From Octopus vulgaris (taxonomy: Eukaryota), in the NCBI GenBank assembly GCA_951406725.2, contig OX597825.1, positions 55,056,001 to 55,120,000 of the forward strand: a stretch of 64,000 nt of DNA, read 5' to 3'. Below the pieces are notes generated by a model, which worked only from the letters and a program-made list of their open reading frames with translations, was not told the origin of the DNA and ran no database searches. This document shows, in pieces, positions 13,781 through 28,154 of the stretch; within the stretch, counting starts at the first letter, position 1; every line of letters begins with the position of its first letter. A program made the translations under genes and the position numbers.

Positions 13781-14299
13781 GAATATATAAAAAAAACAAA
13801 ACTGGAGAGTTAGTTCTGAGGTCATCCACTTATTTCATACTTACATGTATTCCAGTGGTGCTTCTAATGCTGGATTACCTAATCTTGGCCCAATGTACAT
13901 CAGGCAGGATGATATAATTCAGCCTTAAATCCTCAATGAAACACATGTAAGAATGACAATTAAATACTTTCAAATCTCACTCTCTGCTCATGAATTTTCT
14001 ATGTATATTCTGCTGTGTTCTTTATCACCATGGATTCCAGTAACAAGAAACTTCAACTGAATATATGAATTCTCAGCACAGATTCTGTTTTTTTAACATA
14101 AAGGAATGCATGGGGTTTCAAATACTGAGTATTTGTGTACACCTAACACACACACACTCACTCTCTTTCTCCTATATAAATGTGTGTGTGTACATATACA
14201 TATATGTATGGCAACAGTTTGACTGACTATAATCAACAACTACATAAAATATACATGTCACACACACACATACACACACATGTATACACACATATATTA

Positions 14300-14905
14300 A
14301 TGTGTATGGACAAAGACAGCTGTGTAAAGAAGTGCTGATTTTTAACAGTGGAGGGAACCTGTAGTGGAGGTAGACCCAGGAAGATGTGAGACAAGGTGGT
14401 GAAGTATGATCTTTGAACATTGGGCCTCATAGTGGCAATGACCAATGACTGAGACTTTTGGCGATCCAAGTGAAATTGTAGTCATAGACAATGCTGGTGT
14501 TACATAACTGGCATGTGAAAAGCACTTTTCGAGCATTGGGCCTCACAGAAGCATTGTGGCTGATGCCGGTGGCATGTGAAAAGTACCTTTCGACTGATGG
14601 ACCTCACGGAGTCAATGACAAATGTCTGAGATCTTTGGCATTATGCTGTGCTTGTGAAGAAGACCCATCAAGCCAATCTGTAGCAGATACTGGTGTCACA
14701 CAACCGGTACCCATACTGGTGGCACATAAAACAATCCATTACATTTTCAGAGTGGTTGTCATAAGGAAGTGCATCCAGCCGTAGAAACCATGCCAAATCA
14801 GGTGTGAGTCTGGTACGAGCTTCCAACATGCCAGCCTTGGTCAAACCGTCCAACCCATGCCAACATGGATAACAGACATTAAATGATAATGATGCTGATG
14901 ATAAT
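14300..14905 (+). mobile_element. RTE-type LINE 3' end / family C element
   Basis: Decayed VEGTCSGGRPRK motif (RTE C-terminus), repeated internal modules, core catccagccgtagaaaccatgcc, GAT tail. Confidence 0.8.
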
Positions 14906-15027
14906 ATATTAATGCTTGTTGTTATATCAATTTATAATAAAAACAATGAAATATTAAATTGAAGAATTACTGAATACAATTTGTAGAGTACATATTTCTT
15001 ATACTTTTACAAAAAGAGGGTTGGTCA

Positions 15028-15068
15028 GTCACTTCTAGGTTTCAAACTGCTACGCTTCATCAGGTGAA
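15028..15068 (-). ncRNA. degenerate minimal hammerhead ribozyme motif
   Basis: Minus strand tcac-CTGATGA-agcgtagcagttt-GAAA-cctagaa-gtga; stem I tcac/gtga; cleavage-site U mutated. Confidence 0.4.
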
Positions 15069-15196
15069 GGTTAGTGTGCATGTGTGTGTGTGCATGCGTA
15101 TGTGTGTGGGAGTGAGTGAGAGAGAGAAATCAAGAGAGATCTGAAGTCACTTCACAAGTAAGTAAATCCTTAAGAAAAATATAGGTATAGACAATC

Positions 15197-15495
15197 ACAT
15201 ACACACACACATATATATATGCATGTGTGCATATATATATCTGTGTATATATATATATATATATATGTATATATGCATATATATATGTGTATATATGCAT
15301 ATATATATATATATACACACACATATGCATGCATACATATATACATATGCATGCATACATATATACATATATATATATATGCACACATACATACATATAT
15401 ATTTATATATATATATGCACACATACATATATACATATGCACACATACATATATACATATGAACATATAAATACATATATATATATATATTTATA
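15197..15495. repeat. (TA)n/(CATA)n microsatellite
   Basis: Directly visible. Confidence 0.9.
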
Positions 15496-16021
15496 GTGAT
15501 TAATATAACTGACAGATATATTTCGCTCTACAACAATGTGATAGAAGATTGATGATATCACATTGTTGATATCATAAAATAAATTAAACTGTTCCAACAA
15601 TATACAGGGATACATACAGCTGGGAATTCACCCAGAATTCCTTTGTGTATATGTGTCTGTATAACACACACACACATATATTTACAAACAATAGATACAT
15701 ATATGAATATATTTGTTTACTGTAAGAGATGAATAGTTTCTGTATATGATTAACTACTTAATAGGGGAAAGTGTTAAATGCCTCCACTGCATCCTTGTGA
15801 GTGATTTGGGGCTAAACAACAGCATTTTTACTCTATCAACTCCTCATGCCACAAACCCTCATTTCTAACATATCTGCATACTATCACATCTCGCTTAACG
15901 TATAAACAAATGGACACACATAAACATTCATTTACATACCGATGCACAGACAGACACAAAAATATGCATACATATGTACATACACTTTGCAATGTGTTTA
16001 CATACACAAACACACACACAC

Positions 16022-16090
<69 letters not shown>

Positions 16091-16094
<4 letters not shown>

Positions 16095-16952
16095 CATACA
16101 TACATACATTTGTCTACCGTTTAAATGTTTTGAACTTATAACCACCAATCTGCTTTGCTTTCCTTTTCTTTCTACATGCCACCCTAAAAACATCGCCATT
16201 CCCGCCCGTTTCTCTAAAGTTCAACCTTCGCATATTCCCTTTAATTCGATCTCCACCATTCACTATCATTTCTTCCCCTGGCTTACAGCGATGTCCATGA
16301 GCAGGCTAAGATTTCTCCCTTCTTTTTTCATACATACATACATACATTTGTCTACCGTTTAAATGTTTTGAACTTATAACCACCAATCTGCTTTGCTTTC
16401 CTTTTCTTTCTACATGCCACCCTAAAAACATCGCCATTCCCGCCCGTTTCTCTAAAGTTCAACCTTCGCATATTCCCTTTAATTCGATCTCCACCATTCA
16501 CTATCATTTCTTCCCCTGGCTTACAGCGATGTCCATGAGCAGGCTAAGATTTCTCCCTTCTTTTTTCATACATACATACATACATTTGTCTACCGTTTAA
16601 ATGTTTTGAACTTATAACCACCAATCTGCTTTGCTTTCCTTTTCTTTCTACATGCCACCCTAAAAACATCGCCATTCCCGCCCGTTTCTCTAAAGTTCAA
16701 CCTTCGCATATTCCCTTTAATTCGATCTCCACCATTCACTATCATTTCTTCCCCTGGCTTACAGCGATGTCCATGAGCAGGCTAAGATTTCTCCCTTCTT
16801 TTTCATACATACATACATACATTTGTCTACCGTTTAAATGTTTTGAACTTATAACCACCAATCTGCTTTGCTTTCCTTTTCTTTCTACATGCCACCCTAA
16901 AAACATCGCCATTCCCGCCCGTTTCTCTAAAGTTCAACCTTCGCATATTCCC
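16091..16952 (+). repeat. 238-bp tandem repeat, about 3.6 near-identical copies
   Basis: tttgtctaccg recurs at 16109, 16347, 16585 and 16822 (spacing 238, 238, 237); units joined by (CATA)n. Confidence 0.97.
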
Positions 16953-17457
16953 GGTGCACCCGCCCTTGCCCACCCCCACCACCAATACCGGATATCTCTA
17001 TATTTTTGTTCCATCTATACCGGATGTCGCTTCTCCCACCACCATTATAGGTGTCTACTCTTCGAACCCCCTCTTCAACACGCTATTTCACCATGCATTA
17101 CCCTCTCTTGATATCCTACGTTCTACTTGCCTAGAACCTGTCATCATTTCTCTGAACCACCCCTCCCCACTGGTGCTCCCCTATATATTTCTGCATCCCC
17201 CCCCCACATAAAAAGCACCATCCGAACGTGGCCGATGCCAGACCCCTCTGGCACCTGTGCAGGTGGCACGTAAAAAACACCCACTACACTCGCGGAGTGG
17301 TTGGCGTTAGGAAGGGCATCCAGCTGTAGAAACACTGCCAGACTAGACTGGAGCCTGGGGCAGTCCCGAGCTCCCCAAACCCCGGTCGAAACCGTCCAAC
17401 CCGTGCTAGCGCGGAAAACGGACCTTAAACGATGATGATGATGATGATGATGATGAT
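16953..17457 (+). mobile_element. young family C element (CpG-rich) with C-rich leader
   Basis: ggttggcgttaggaagggcatccagctgtagaaac...gcggaaaacggaccttaaacgatgatgatg with CpGs retained. Confidence 0.85.
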
Positions 17458-17892
17458 ATATATATATATATATACACACACGTACAGACACACACTTACA
17501 CTAACATATTTATATGTACATACACCCAGAAAGACATTTTTGCATACATACATCTACATACACACACATATACAGAAATATATATATATATATGGATGTA
17601 AATACATATGTATATATATATATATCTATACACAAACACATTTGCACACATATATATGCACACACTAAGATATACACACATTCATCTATATTATACAGGC
17701 TAACAGATTTATACATATATTCAAAGATATATGTACATATATATATACATACACCCACAAACAAATGCACCCCACACACAAACATGCACACACATCAGCC
17801 CTCATAATCAAAGATCAAAGACAAAGTTGGTATTACCAAAATACGGAGAGGGAAAAATACATGGAAATAGGAAAGAAGAAATCAAGAAGGAA

Positions 17893-17924
<32 letters not shown>

Positions 17925-17985
17925 TGCAATGAGGAAAGATATAGTTATCTCTCTAATAAATATGCAAAAGGAATATAACAAAGAT

Positions 17986-18255
<270 letters not shown>

Positions 18256-18802
18256 AAGACATATAGCAAACATATAGTAAAGATACAAAAGTCATCTGAC
18301 AGACATGTGAGATAGATATAACATATAAGACACAGAGCTTGAACACATAGCAAGTACCAAATTTTAAACATAGAAAAAAAACAAAAAAAAACATAGTATA
18401 TCAGAGATGTATATAGATTATATCACAGATATATAAAAAATATACAGTGAATATATCTGGAATACACAACAGGCATATAACAGATATGAAAACTGATATA
18501 TAATAGATATATTGCATACCCACAACAAATATATAAATTACACACACACACACACACACACACATACATATATAAACACAAACACCCACCCACACGCATA
18601 CACATATATATATATATACATGCATATCATCATCTTTATTATCATTTAACATGATAATAGGAGCTGATAGGATTTGGCCAGGCAGGAGCCTGTGCCAGGC
18701 TTCTGTGCATGTTTTGCCTTGGTTTTTATGGCTGGATGCCTTTCCTAATACCAACTACTCTGCAGAGTTGGCTTGGTGCTTTTTATGTGGCACCAACACA
18801 TC

Positions 18803-18844
<42 letters not shown>

Positions 18845-18864
18845 TAAGCATATACACACACACA

Positions 18865-18906
<42 letters not shown>

Positions 18907-19149
18907 TGTGTAGATGCTTGTCTGATCGTATGTATCCATTTATATGTGTGTGTATATATTTGCAGCCATGGGTAAGTAGTTAATGAGTTATCTTCCCAAC
19001 CACATGGTATTGTTTCAGTCCTACTGCATGGCACTTAGTGCAGATGCCTTCTACTATAACCCCAGGCCAACAGCAGTGGATTTTGTTGATGAAAACTGAA
19101 AAAGGCCCAGTTATAAACATATATAAGTACATAAATCATGTATATTTAG

Positions 19150-19689
19150 AGGCAGAATCATGTCCCCAACAAAGATGTCCTCAAGCAAGCAGGAATACCA
19201 AGCATGTTTTCTCTCCTCACACAAAGACGTATGAGATGGCTTGGACATGTTAGCCGTATGGAAGATGGCAGAATCCCCAAGGAAATACTCTACGGAGAGC
19301 ATGCTGGGGGCACTAGGTCAGCTGGATGACCGTTCTTATGATACAAGGATGTTTGAAAAAGGGACATGAAGGCCTTCAACATCAATATTAGCAACTGGGG
19401 AGCAGTTGCCAGCAACCGTGGAGATTGGCGACGTACAGTAAAAGAGGGACCACAAAGGAGTGACAGAGAGAGAGGAGAAATGGAAAGACAAGAAAAGACG
19501 TCAACAAGAAACTATGACATTACAACCAGCCAGGAACAGTCTTCACTACATTTGCAGCACCTGCCAGAGGGAGGGTTTGTCCAGGATAGCACTACACAGC
19601 CACACCAGATGTATTAAGACATGAAATGTAAAAACCAGACTAGATTATTTTATGCGCAACTCCATTGTCTCTTGAGATAAAAAGGATGC

Positions 19690-19698
<9 letters not shown>
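19150..19698 (+). mobile_element. RTE (BovB-like) LINE, 5'-truncated 3' end, inactive
   Basis: Translates QNHVPNKDVLKQAGIPSMFSLLTQRRMRWLGHVSRMEDGRIPKEILYGE...KRDMKAFNINISNW with stops; ends ggatgccaacaacaa. Confidence 0.92.
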
Positions 19699-19720
<22 letters not shown>

Positions 19721-20110
19721 ATCATTTAATGTCAATCTTCCATGTTGGCATAGTTTGGATGGTTTAACAAGAGTGTGTGCATGTGTGTGTGTAAAGGTAA
19801 GATTCAAGAATCACAGTGTAGGAAGTTAATAAGCTTCGAGCAGTTCATTGAAAGTATAAAAAACAACTTTCAGGAGCTGTAGTGGTTTATTGATGTAAAA
19901 AGTTGTAAATTTTGCCCCTATTGAAGTTTGATAAGCTGGAAAATTTTATTTTATAGTTCACGGTTAGCTGCTGGGGTTGCAATGTATGAGAATAAAAATA
20001 CCCTTGCTTGGGTGATTACTACTTCTCATGTTCTGCTAGATATAAAACACATGCAGCCTAGATTTTATCTACTCCATTCCTTACACTTGGAATATATGTA
20101 TATATACATA

Positions 20111-21490
20111 CAGTAGTCCCCTAGTATTCACAGGGGTTACATTCCTAGACCACCAGCAAGTAGTGAAAAACCAAGAATATGGGATGTGGTTCAAAAAAAT
20201 GCCCATAAATGTCAAAATATGACATAGTATATGTATAATATTTAATAATAATTTAATAAAGAATAAACTAAAATGTAAGGTTAGTCACCAACAATGAATG
20301 ATATTGATTTAAGACGATGATGATGAAAATAATGAAGGTAATGACTGCACAGCAAAGAAGATTTAAAGTTCTTCAGGTGACACCTCTTCTTCAGGTGTTT
20401 TAGGGGATGTCATATCCAAGGCTTTCTTGGTGGGCTTGAGGAACATTGTGAGGGGAAGTTGTGGTCATTGTTTCTTCATGGTGATGAGGGGAGTTTTATA
20501 TGTCTGCATAGCAGCATCTACGGCATTTTTCAATTGGAGAGACTGAACCATATAGGGATCCCATGCTTTTGCCTTCCCTTGCACTTCGTTTCCTGTCCTT
20601 AAAAGATTGGACAGACGTTCGAGTGCCAAACCCAACTCATCCTCCTCTTCGCTGGCAGGCTTCGTTAACTCCGACAAATCTTTGTCTGTCAGGGTTTCGA
20701 AGTGGACGTTGATGACCTCATCTTGCATGACGTTGTCAAAACCTTTGCCACCAAGTACCTTTGCCATTGTTGACCACCTCATGCTGAATATCTTCTGGTG
20801 AGAAGCCCTCGTAGTCCTGGACCTACTCTGGTCACATATTCTTCTAGCATGTGATGAGGGTTTCTTTTTACATGTCTTTAAGAGCAGCATGGATGGCAGA
20901 CAGGCATGTTGCAATTATGAAGTTACACCAGTACACCACTAACTTGAAATTCTCATTCAAATCCATTGCATGCACAAGGTATTAGAGAGTTCTGAGTGTA
21001 AAGTGTCATGAAGGCATGGATCATGCCTTGATCCATAGGCTGAATGAAGGTGGTATTGGCAGGGAGCAACTTCACTTGGGTTCCCTCAAGATTCAAATCC
21101 AAAGAGTCACCACCGGCTTTATCCATAACAAGAAACAGCTTGAATTCTATGCACACGTTTTGGAGGTATTCCTTGGCTTCAGGGATAAAGCATTGGTGGA
21201 ACCAATTCAAAGTTAGACTTGTGGTAATCCAGGCCTTGGGGTTGTGCATCTAGTGGACAGCCAGCAAGTTTTTATTCTTATTTTTTAAGGCCATCAGGTT
21301 CGCAGACTTGTAGATAAATCCTGGTATAATTTCAGTGCTTTCTCGCAAATGATGTTACGACTCAAAGGGATATTTTTCTTCATGCAGTCACTGATCCACA
21401 ATGCCAAAGCAGATTCCATCCTCATGAAGTGCTTATTTCTCACTAGCATTATCTTTTTGGCACTTTCACAGAAATTTACAGCTTATGGAT
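20111..21490 (-). mobile_element. Tigger/pogo DNA transposon remnant (DDE_1 transposase pseudogene)
   Basis: TA followed by CAGTAGTCCC terminal repeat at 20111; ORF 20953-21249 has NPKAWIT...WFHQCFIP...LVMD...LPANTT.IQPMDQG; ORF 20465-20914 matches a Tigger C-terminus; frameshifted, other end missing. Confidence 0.92.
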
Positions 21491-22479
21491 CTATGCAGGA
21501 TTGCACCTAAAGACTCATACTCTGGTTTCTATAACTTTGGAAAGTTGAACTATAAACTTTTATGCTTCTTTTTTCTTATCTCTTTCCATCTCCTTATTCT
21601 TTTACTCCCTTCCTCTATGTTGTCATTTTATTAATATGTACCATTCTCATTTTTCATATCCACCCCCACCCCCAATTTGTCTCTGATGGCGGAGTATTCC
21701 ATACACGGGGATATCCCAGAAACAGCTGTAAAATTTTGAATTTCTTCCTATAATAATATTGTATATGACTTGAGATATTTGCCTTGCCTTAATGTTTTAG
21801 ATCCTGTTTAACAAATATATATCCAGTGCATCAGAAATCTGCAATGGCTCTCTAACTACTGTCTTGGCTATAACCTTTGAGCCCTAGTAATCCATTACAG
21901 CACTTACCTAACATACCTAATCGTTTAGATCACCTGTGAACTAAACCTCCATACTTTGTATATATATATATACTTTCACTACAATGAGCAGGTGTTGTTA
22001 AGCGATAAATATAACGAAAGAGGGAGAGAGAGTGTGTATGCGTGAAATATAGATAGATGTCGCTATACTAATTAGAAAGCTTTGATTGGAAGCAGGAATA
22101 AGAGATACAAGATACAGTGTACTTGTATCTAAAACAATCAAGCAACGTGATACATGGCTATTCTAATCAGAGGGAGCTTCAGCTGTGAAGGGGTGTCCAG
22201 TAAGCTGGCAAAAACACTATATTGATTGTTATTAATAATTTAGCCGAAGTGTGATATAAAATATATTTTGCCACGAAAAATGCCATAAAATATTGCTGAC
22301 AATATCTACAATTCTATGAATATGTGGAGGTTTCCGTGAACAATTATTAGTTCCGTGAAGAACCGGGACTGCATATGTAGAACTGCAGATCAGTAGAGGT
22401 ACTCTGTGTGCGTGTGTGTGTGTATATATATATGCATGTATGTATATATATTTGTTTATTTCTTTCATTTCCATTTACC

Positions 22480-23052
22480 ATACTAAAATAGGCTGGACAG
22501 TTTGAAAGGAGCTGACAAGCTGGAAGGCTGCACCAGACTTCAGTCGCCTGTTTTGGCATGGTTCCCATGGGTGCATGACCTTCCTAATGCCAACCACTTT
22601 ATAAAGTGCGGTGGATGCTTTTTATGTAGTGTCAGCATGGGTGCTTTTTATGTGTTACTAGCAGGGCTGCTTTGTATGTGGCACCAGCACCCATGGGGCC
22701 ACCATGTAGCTTGCAAGACAAGGCCATCTCAGCTGGGAGAGGGAGAGCATTGAGAGAGGGGGGCATGTGCCAGGTGAGAGGCTGGAGTATTATAGAGAGA
22801 CAGGGATAGCAGTTTTATTACACAGGAGATACTTGGCAACCCTGTTAGGACAAGGAAGAAGAGATAGGTGAGAGAGAGAGAAAGAAAGACAGAGAAATCA
22901 GAATTAGAGGGCCTACCCACAGGGAACAGTGTGTGGTAGTATAAGTGGTACAGAGGGGACTGAGAAGATGTTCTATAAGAGTGCAAGGGGAGATATTTAG
23001 AGATAACAAGTGATGGTGAAAGAAACTGCAAGGGTATGCTATGGGTGGTGAG

Positions 23053-23055
<3 letters not shown>
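22480..23055 (-). mobile_element. family C element with pyrimidine-rich leader
   Basis: ccttcctaatgccaaccacttt core in reverse orientation, followed by purine-rich 22730-23055. Confidence 0.7.
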
Positions 23056-23090
<35 letters not shown>

Positions 23091-23966
23091 CACACACACA
23101 CACTGTTGACAAATATGTGTGTATATGAGAGCATATTTTTCTGACATAGATTTCTTGAGAACTAAGTGTGTGTGTGTGTTTTTGGTGTGTGTGTGTAAAT
23201 GTGATAGACAAATACATACTGATATAGATGAAGACATATATATTCAACAATACATACTTACTTATATAAAAATACTAATTATTGATATATATACATGTAA
23301 AATTTTAAAAAAACATATAAAATATATATAATATATATGTATATACGCACATACACACACACACACACATATACATACAGACATACAAATACATACAGTG
23401 ACACACATAAGATAATGGAAGATTCTCAAAGTGAAAAACTACTCCATTTTTCCAATTTGATTGAAAATATTGATAAAACTAAACTTCATAAATAATGGCA
23501 AGAATTAACTTTTAAATCGCCTATATTCCTGTTTTTATTATTACTATTATTATTATCATTATAAAAAGAAATCATTATTATCATTATTATTATTATCATG
23601 ACTATTATTATTATTGTTTTATTAATTTTGCCAATTTTGTTGTTGTGTATATTTATCTGCCATTCTTTTGCTTTCTTTTAGTTCTGTCTTAATATTAATC
23701 TGATCATGTTCCATTGTAAATAATGCTATATTTCCGAATGTACCTACATAAGTATCAACTCTTAAAGAAGATTATGCCATAAAATGGTAAAATTCCTGTG
23801 TTCCTGAAACATATAGAATTCAATTCTTGCAAACACGTTCTGGGAAAATGGGAAAAATTTGTTTATTTTTATGTAAAAATTTTAGTATCTTTTTGTGTTT
23901 ATGTAAATATATATGTATGTATGTATGTATGTACATTTATATACAGATATAAACATGTCTGCGTAA

Positions 23967-24007
<41 letters not shown>

Positions 24008-24056
24008 TCACATATACATATATATATGTGTAATAAATATTTGTACATATGTGTGT

Positions 24057-24146
24057 AGATGGATAGATAGATAGATAGATAGATAGAAAGATAAATAGAT
24101 AGATAGATAGATAGATAGAAAGATAAATAGATAGATAGATAGATAG
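24057..24146. repeat. (GATA)n microsatellite
   Basis: Directly visible. Confidence 0.95.
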
Positions 24147-24814
24147 GGATGAGAATACTGACATGAATACATAAATCCACTAACATGTTGAAGAATGTAT
24201 ATGTATGTATATCTCACGGGACTTTTGATATTTCTTGTATATGCAAATTTACCCACACATATACACATATGCATGGAGGGACAAAGGAGTTACATGTGTA
24301 CATATGTGTGTGTATACACATACACAAACGAATATACATACATATTATGTATGAATGTATGTATTTGCATATATGTATATGTGTGTTTTGCATATGTGTA
24401 CACCAAAACAACTTATGAATACGTGTGTGCATATATATGTGGATGCAAGTGTTATCTCACAGGACTTGAAATATGTAAAAGTTAGGTGATATCTGAATCA
24501 CAGGAAATATTCAATATCAAAGACACCATGATATGAAATAATACTGGGTATTTTTCAGCCGTTATTATTAAAAACAAATATTTCAATGGAATCTTGGACC
24601 TGTTTATTATTTTATTGATACAAGCACAGGCATGACTGTTCGGTTAGGTAGCTCACATTTTGTAACCTGTGCATTCAGGTTCAGTCCTACAGGGTGGTAA
24701 CTTGGGTGCCTTCTTCGATAGCCCTGGGCCAACCAAAGCTTTTTGAGTGATTTTAGTTGATGGAAACTGAGTGAAAGCCTATCATGTGTTTGTGTATGTG
24801 TGTGTGCATGTATT

Positions 24815-25295
24815 AATTTAATACACAATTGAAAGAGCTACTAATAGTTTCATGCTTTTATGATACTTTAAATTAGCATACTTATAAAATAAGGTATTTA
24901 TCTCCGCCCAATCTTTCAAGCTCTGTTTATGCATTAGATATATTTTAAAAACAAGGATTCTAGACACTGAGAACATAAGAGAGAAGAAAAATTAGAAGAA
25001 GGGTGAGGTAAAAATGGAACGAGAAGAAATAAACAAAATGAAGAAAACGAAGATCCCTGTCTGCTTTGATTGCAGAAACCACAATTAATGCAGCTGGTAT
25101 AGAACAAAATAACAGAAAATATATCCAAAGTCTCTGAGACAGAAACACAATCCCTGTTTTTCAAAATGAATATAATGCATAAACAGAACCTGAAGAATTA
25201 CTTGGCGATACATGGTGTATTTTATAAATATGTTGATTTTAAAGTATCATAAAAGCATGAAACCATTAGTAACTTTTTTGATATGTGAATTAAAT
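24815..25295. mobile_element. long-TIR foldback/MITE-like element (about 145-bp diverged inverted arms)
   Basis: tactaatagtttcatgcttttatgatactttaaa...ctgtttatgcatta is mirrored by taatgcataaacag...tttaaagtatcataaaagcatgaaaccattagta. Confidence 0.75.
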
Positions 25296-25349
25296 TGTAT
25301 TTATCTCTCACTAGATGAAGTGGATTTGTAAGCTACATATGTATATAGA

Positions 25350-25670
25350 GCAGGCATGGGCATGTGGTTAAGAAGCTCACTTTGCCATCATGTGGTTATG
25401 GGTTGAGTTCCATTGGGTAGATGTCTTCCACTATGCTTGAGCCAATCAATGCCTTGTGACTGAATGTAGTAGATGGAAACTATGTGGAATCCCATTGTGT
25501 GTGTGTATTTGCTTCATTACATCACAGTGACAATGGTTTAGCAATAAGAAACTATTTGAATATGTACCAGACTTGGAATAAATGCTGTTTTTTTTTTTGT
25601 TTTTTTTCAGACAAACCCTACAATGCAGTGAACCAGTATGGCCACAATCCAATGACTGAAACAAGTAAAA
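25350..25670 (+). mobile_element. SINE family A, degenerate
   Basis: gcaggcatgg...gtggttaagaagc head; atgactgaaacaagtaaaaga tail. Confidence 0.75.
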
Positions 25671-27029
25671 GATTGATATAGGCTGTTTTTGTTTTTTAAT
25701 CTTTCTGTCAGGAGATAAAATAGTATGCATGATACAAGACTTCTGTAACTGGATGGAAAGAAGGAAGAAGGAAGCTAGCCTCAAACCAGTGACCTCAACT
25801 CACTACTTGCAACAGAGCACACTCACTGACAAATCTCAAGCTGCTGTGTGATAGTGTTGAATCAGTTGACAAATTAATTCTATCAGCCAAATAGGTTTTG
25901 GTGGGATTTGAATTCAGAATGTCAGAGCTAACACCACAAAATATTCTTTGTGGTATTTGGCCCAATATTCTAACAGATCTGCAAATTAACTACTCTTGTT
26001 GAGGAAACTATTTTTCATTTCTAGCAAACTAGAAAGGATGAAATGCAAATTTGACCTCAGCAGGATTTGAACTGAGAATGCAAAGACTCAAAAAGAACAC
26101 TGTGAAAGAGTCTACTCAACACTAATGATTCTACCAACTACTTACACTGCAGTTGACCAAATCCCTTCCTCGCCACCTCACTTGTTCCTTAACACCAATG
26201 TATGTCTGGTACTGAATTCATTAACAGTGAGATGAATGCTAAAGTTCGAATCTGCTAAATGTTCTGGTCTTTGACATCATATTTTCTTTGTTCATATCTT
26301 TATTTATTGTCAGCAACTAATCTATGCAGCCCTGTGCTTCAACTTTATATCATCATCATTTTATGTCTATTTTCCATATTGACATGGGTTGAAATGGGTT
26401 TTAAGGACAACATCTTGTTCCAAGATCCTTGTTTCAGCATGGTTCCTATGACTGGATGCTCTTCTTAACACCAACCACTTTACTAAGTTTGTTGGGTGTA
26501 GCTTTTCATGGCACTAACATTATAGAGGTAACCTTACCATCAGCAAACATGAAGAGAGCTCTTAAGCTGCAAGTTGTTGCTGCTTAAATCATTTACCAAC
26601 CACTTGCAGACTGTACAAAGTGCTATTTTGAAGCATCACCACAGGCAGAGTGGAGAATGGAAAGGTGTGCCTTGTAACTGACAAGGCAAAAGAGAGTCAC
26701 TCCATGATTGATGGAACAGATTTATGGCTGTGAGAAGATGCTAATGGAAAGAATAACAGAGGAAATAATGTTGACATGAGATTAATGGAGGGAAGAGGGA
26801 AACGGGGAAGAGTAATGTCAAAGATTAGTGTGGTAGGATATCAAAGTGTTAATGGCAATAGAGTGGACTGAGTTGGGTTATAGCACATGGCGAAGTAGCA
26901 ATAGTAGTAGTTGTTATTTAAACCCAAGACTACTGATGGACATGATCAAAAACATTCCAACCATGACCAAACTATCAATTATTCATACATAGTGTATGAG
27001 GACACCCATTGTTTAATGTATCCTTTGCT

Positions 27030-27061
<32 letters not shown>

Positions 27062-27298
27062 TGCAGCAGCAGCAACAGTAGTTTTTGTTATTGCTGTTGT
27101 TTAGCCACAGGTCAGCCTCTGATTGAGCAGATCTATGATAAAAGATTTTCCAGTTGTGACCATCCTGTTAATTATTCATTAACTAAAGTGTGTTACCTAT
27201 CACATGATGGATGACATTAGGAATTTATCTTTGTGGGAGGATGTAACATCAAAGAAGGTTACAAAAGTTCAATAATTATAATTTTTACTATTTTTCAG

Positions 27299-27333
27299 AT
27301 TTCATGGTCCTACACAAAACAATAGAATTAATG
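27299..27333 (+). other. candidate 35-nt micro-exon
   Basis: atttttactatttttcag acceptor and ATG|GTAATT donor; open as FHGPTQNNRIN. Confidence 0.2.
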
Positions 27334-28154
27334 GTAATTTTCACAATAAAGATACCAAATCAAAATTATTATTTTCACAATAATATTAAAATAAAGCTGA
27401 TTTAAATTAAACAAATTTTTTATGTCCATATTTGCAATAAATATATTCACTAAGGTAGTGCCCCAGCATGGGAGCAGTCATATGACTGAAACAAGTAAAA
27501 GAAGAATAAAAGAAGTCTCAAGGAGGGAGAGGAGAAGCTGGTACAGAAGAAGAAAGGAGTAAAGTACTAAGAATTGTAGTGGTGGGGTACAGTTACAGGA
27601 ATTATAGGGGACTAGGTGCTTGCCAGTAGATGTAGGTAGTTTAGGATTTGCAGATCACTTCCTTAGAAAAGCCTTTGGAACCTTGTGCATTACAGGAATG
27701 AATAGAAGGGGCATCAAGAACATAGAGCCTATATGGGGTCAGTAGAATGCTTGATCAACCTAGATCAGCCCATCTGCCTGAAGGTGTATGTTGTAAGACC
27801 TGAAATAGTCAGTGACTTTGGTATGCAACAATGATTATGCCCACTAAGTATTGCAGCAACAGATGTGTGTAGTATTTTCAATAGAAATAACACTGTTTCA
27901 GTAGAAATAACACAGATGCAAGAGTTGTTGATTGGCAGAATCACTAAAGTAGTGAAAAAGAGCTTTGCAAGATTTAATCCAGCTCTTTACATTCTGGGTT
28001 CAAATCCTGAGTGAAGTCAACTTTCCTTTTCATCACTTTTGATAAAATAAAGTATTAGCCAAGTACTAAACTAAATGCTATCTTACAAAAATTACTGGCC
28101 TCATGCAAAAATCAGAAATGATTAATGAAAAATGCAACATTATTTTTCTTTCTA

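Noticed and set aside
16091-16952. CRISPR array or hammerhead retrozyme interpretation of the tandem repeat
   Set aside because: Whole units are identical with no unique spacers, the context is eukaryotic with no cas genes, and no CUGANGA core exists on either strand
25186-25222. CTGAAGA...CGATAC motif in the foldback arm
   Set aside because: GAAA is altered, there is no stem I, and the motif is not preserved in the opposite arm
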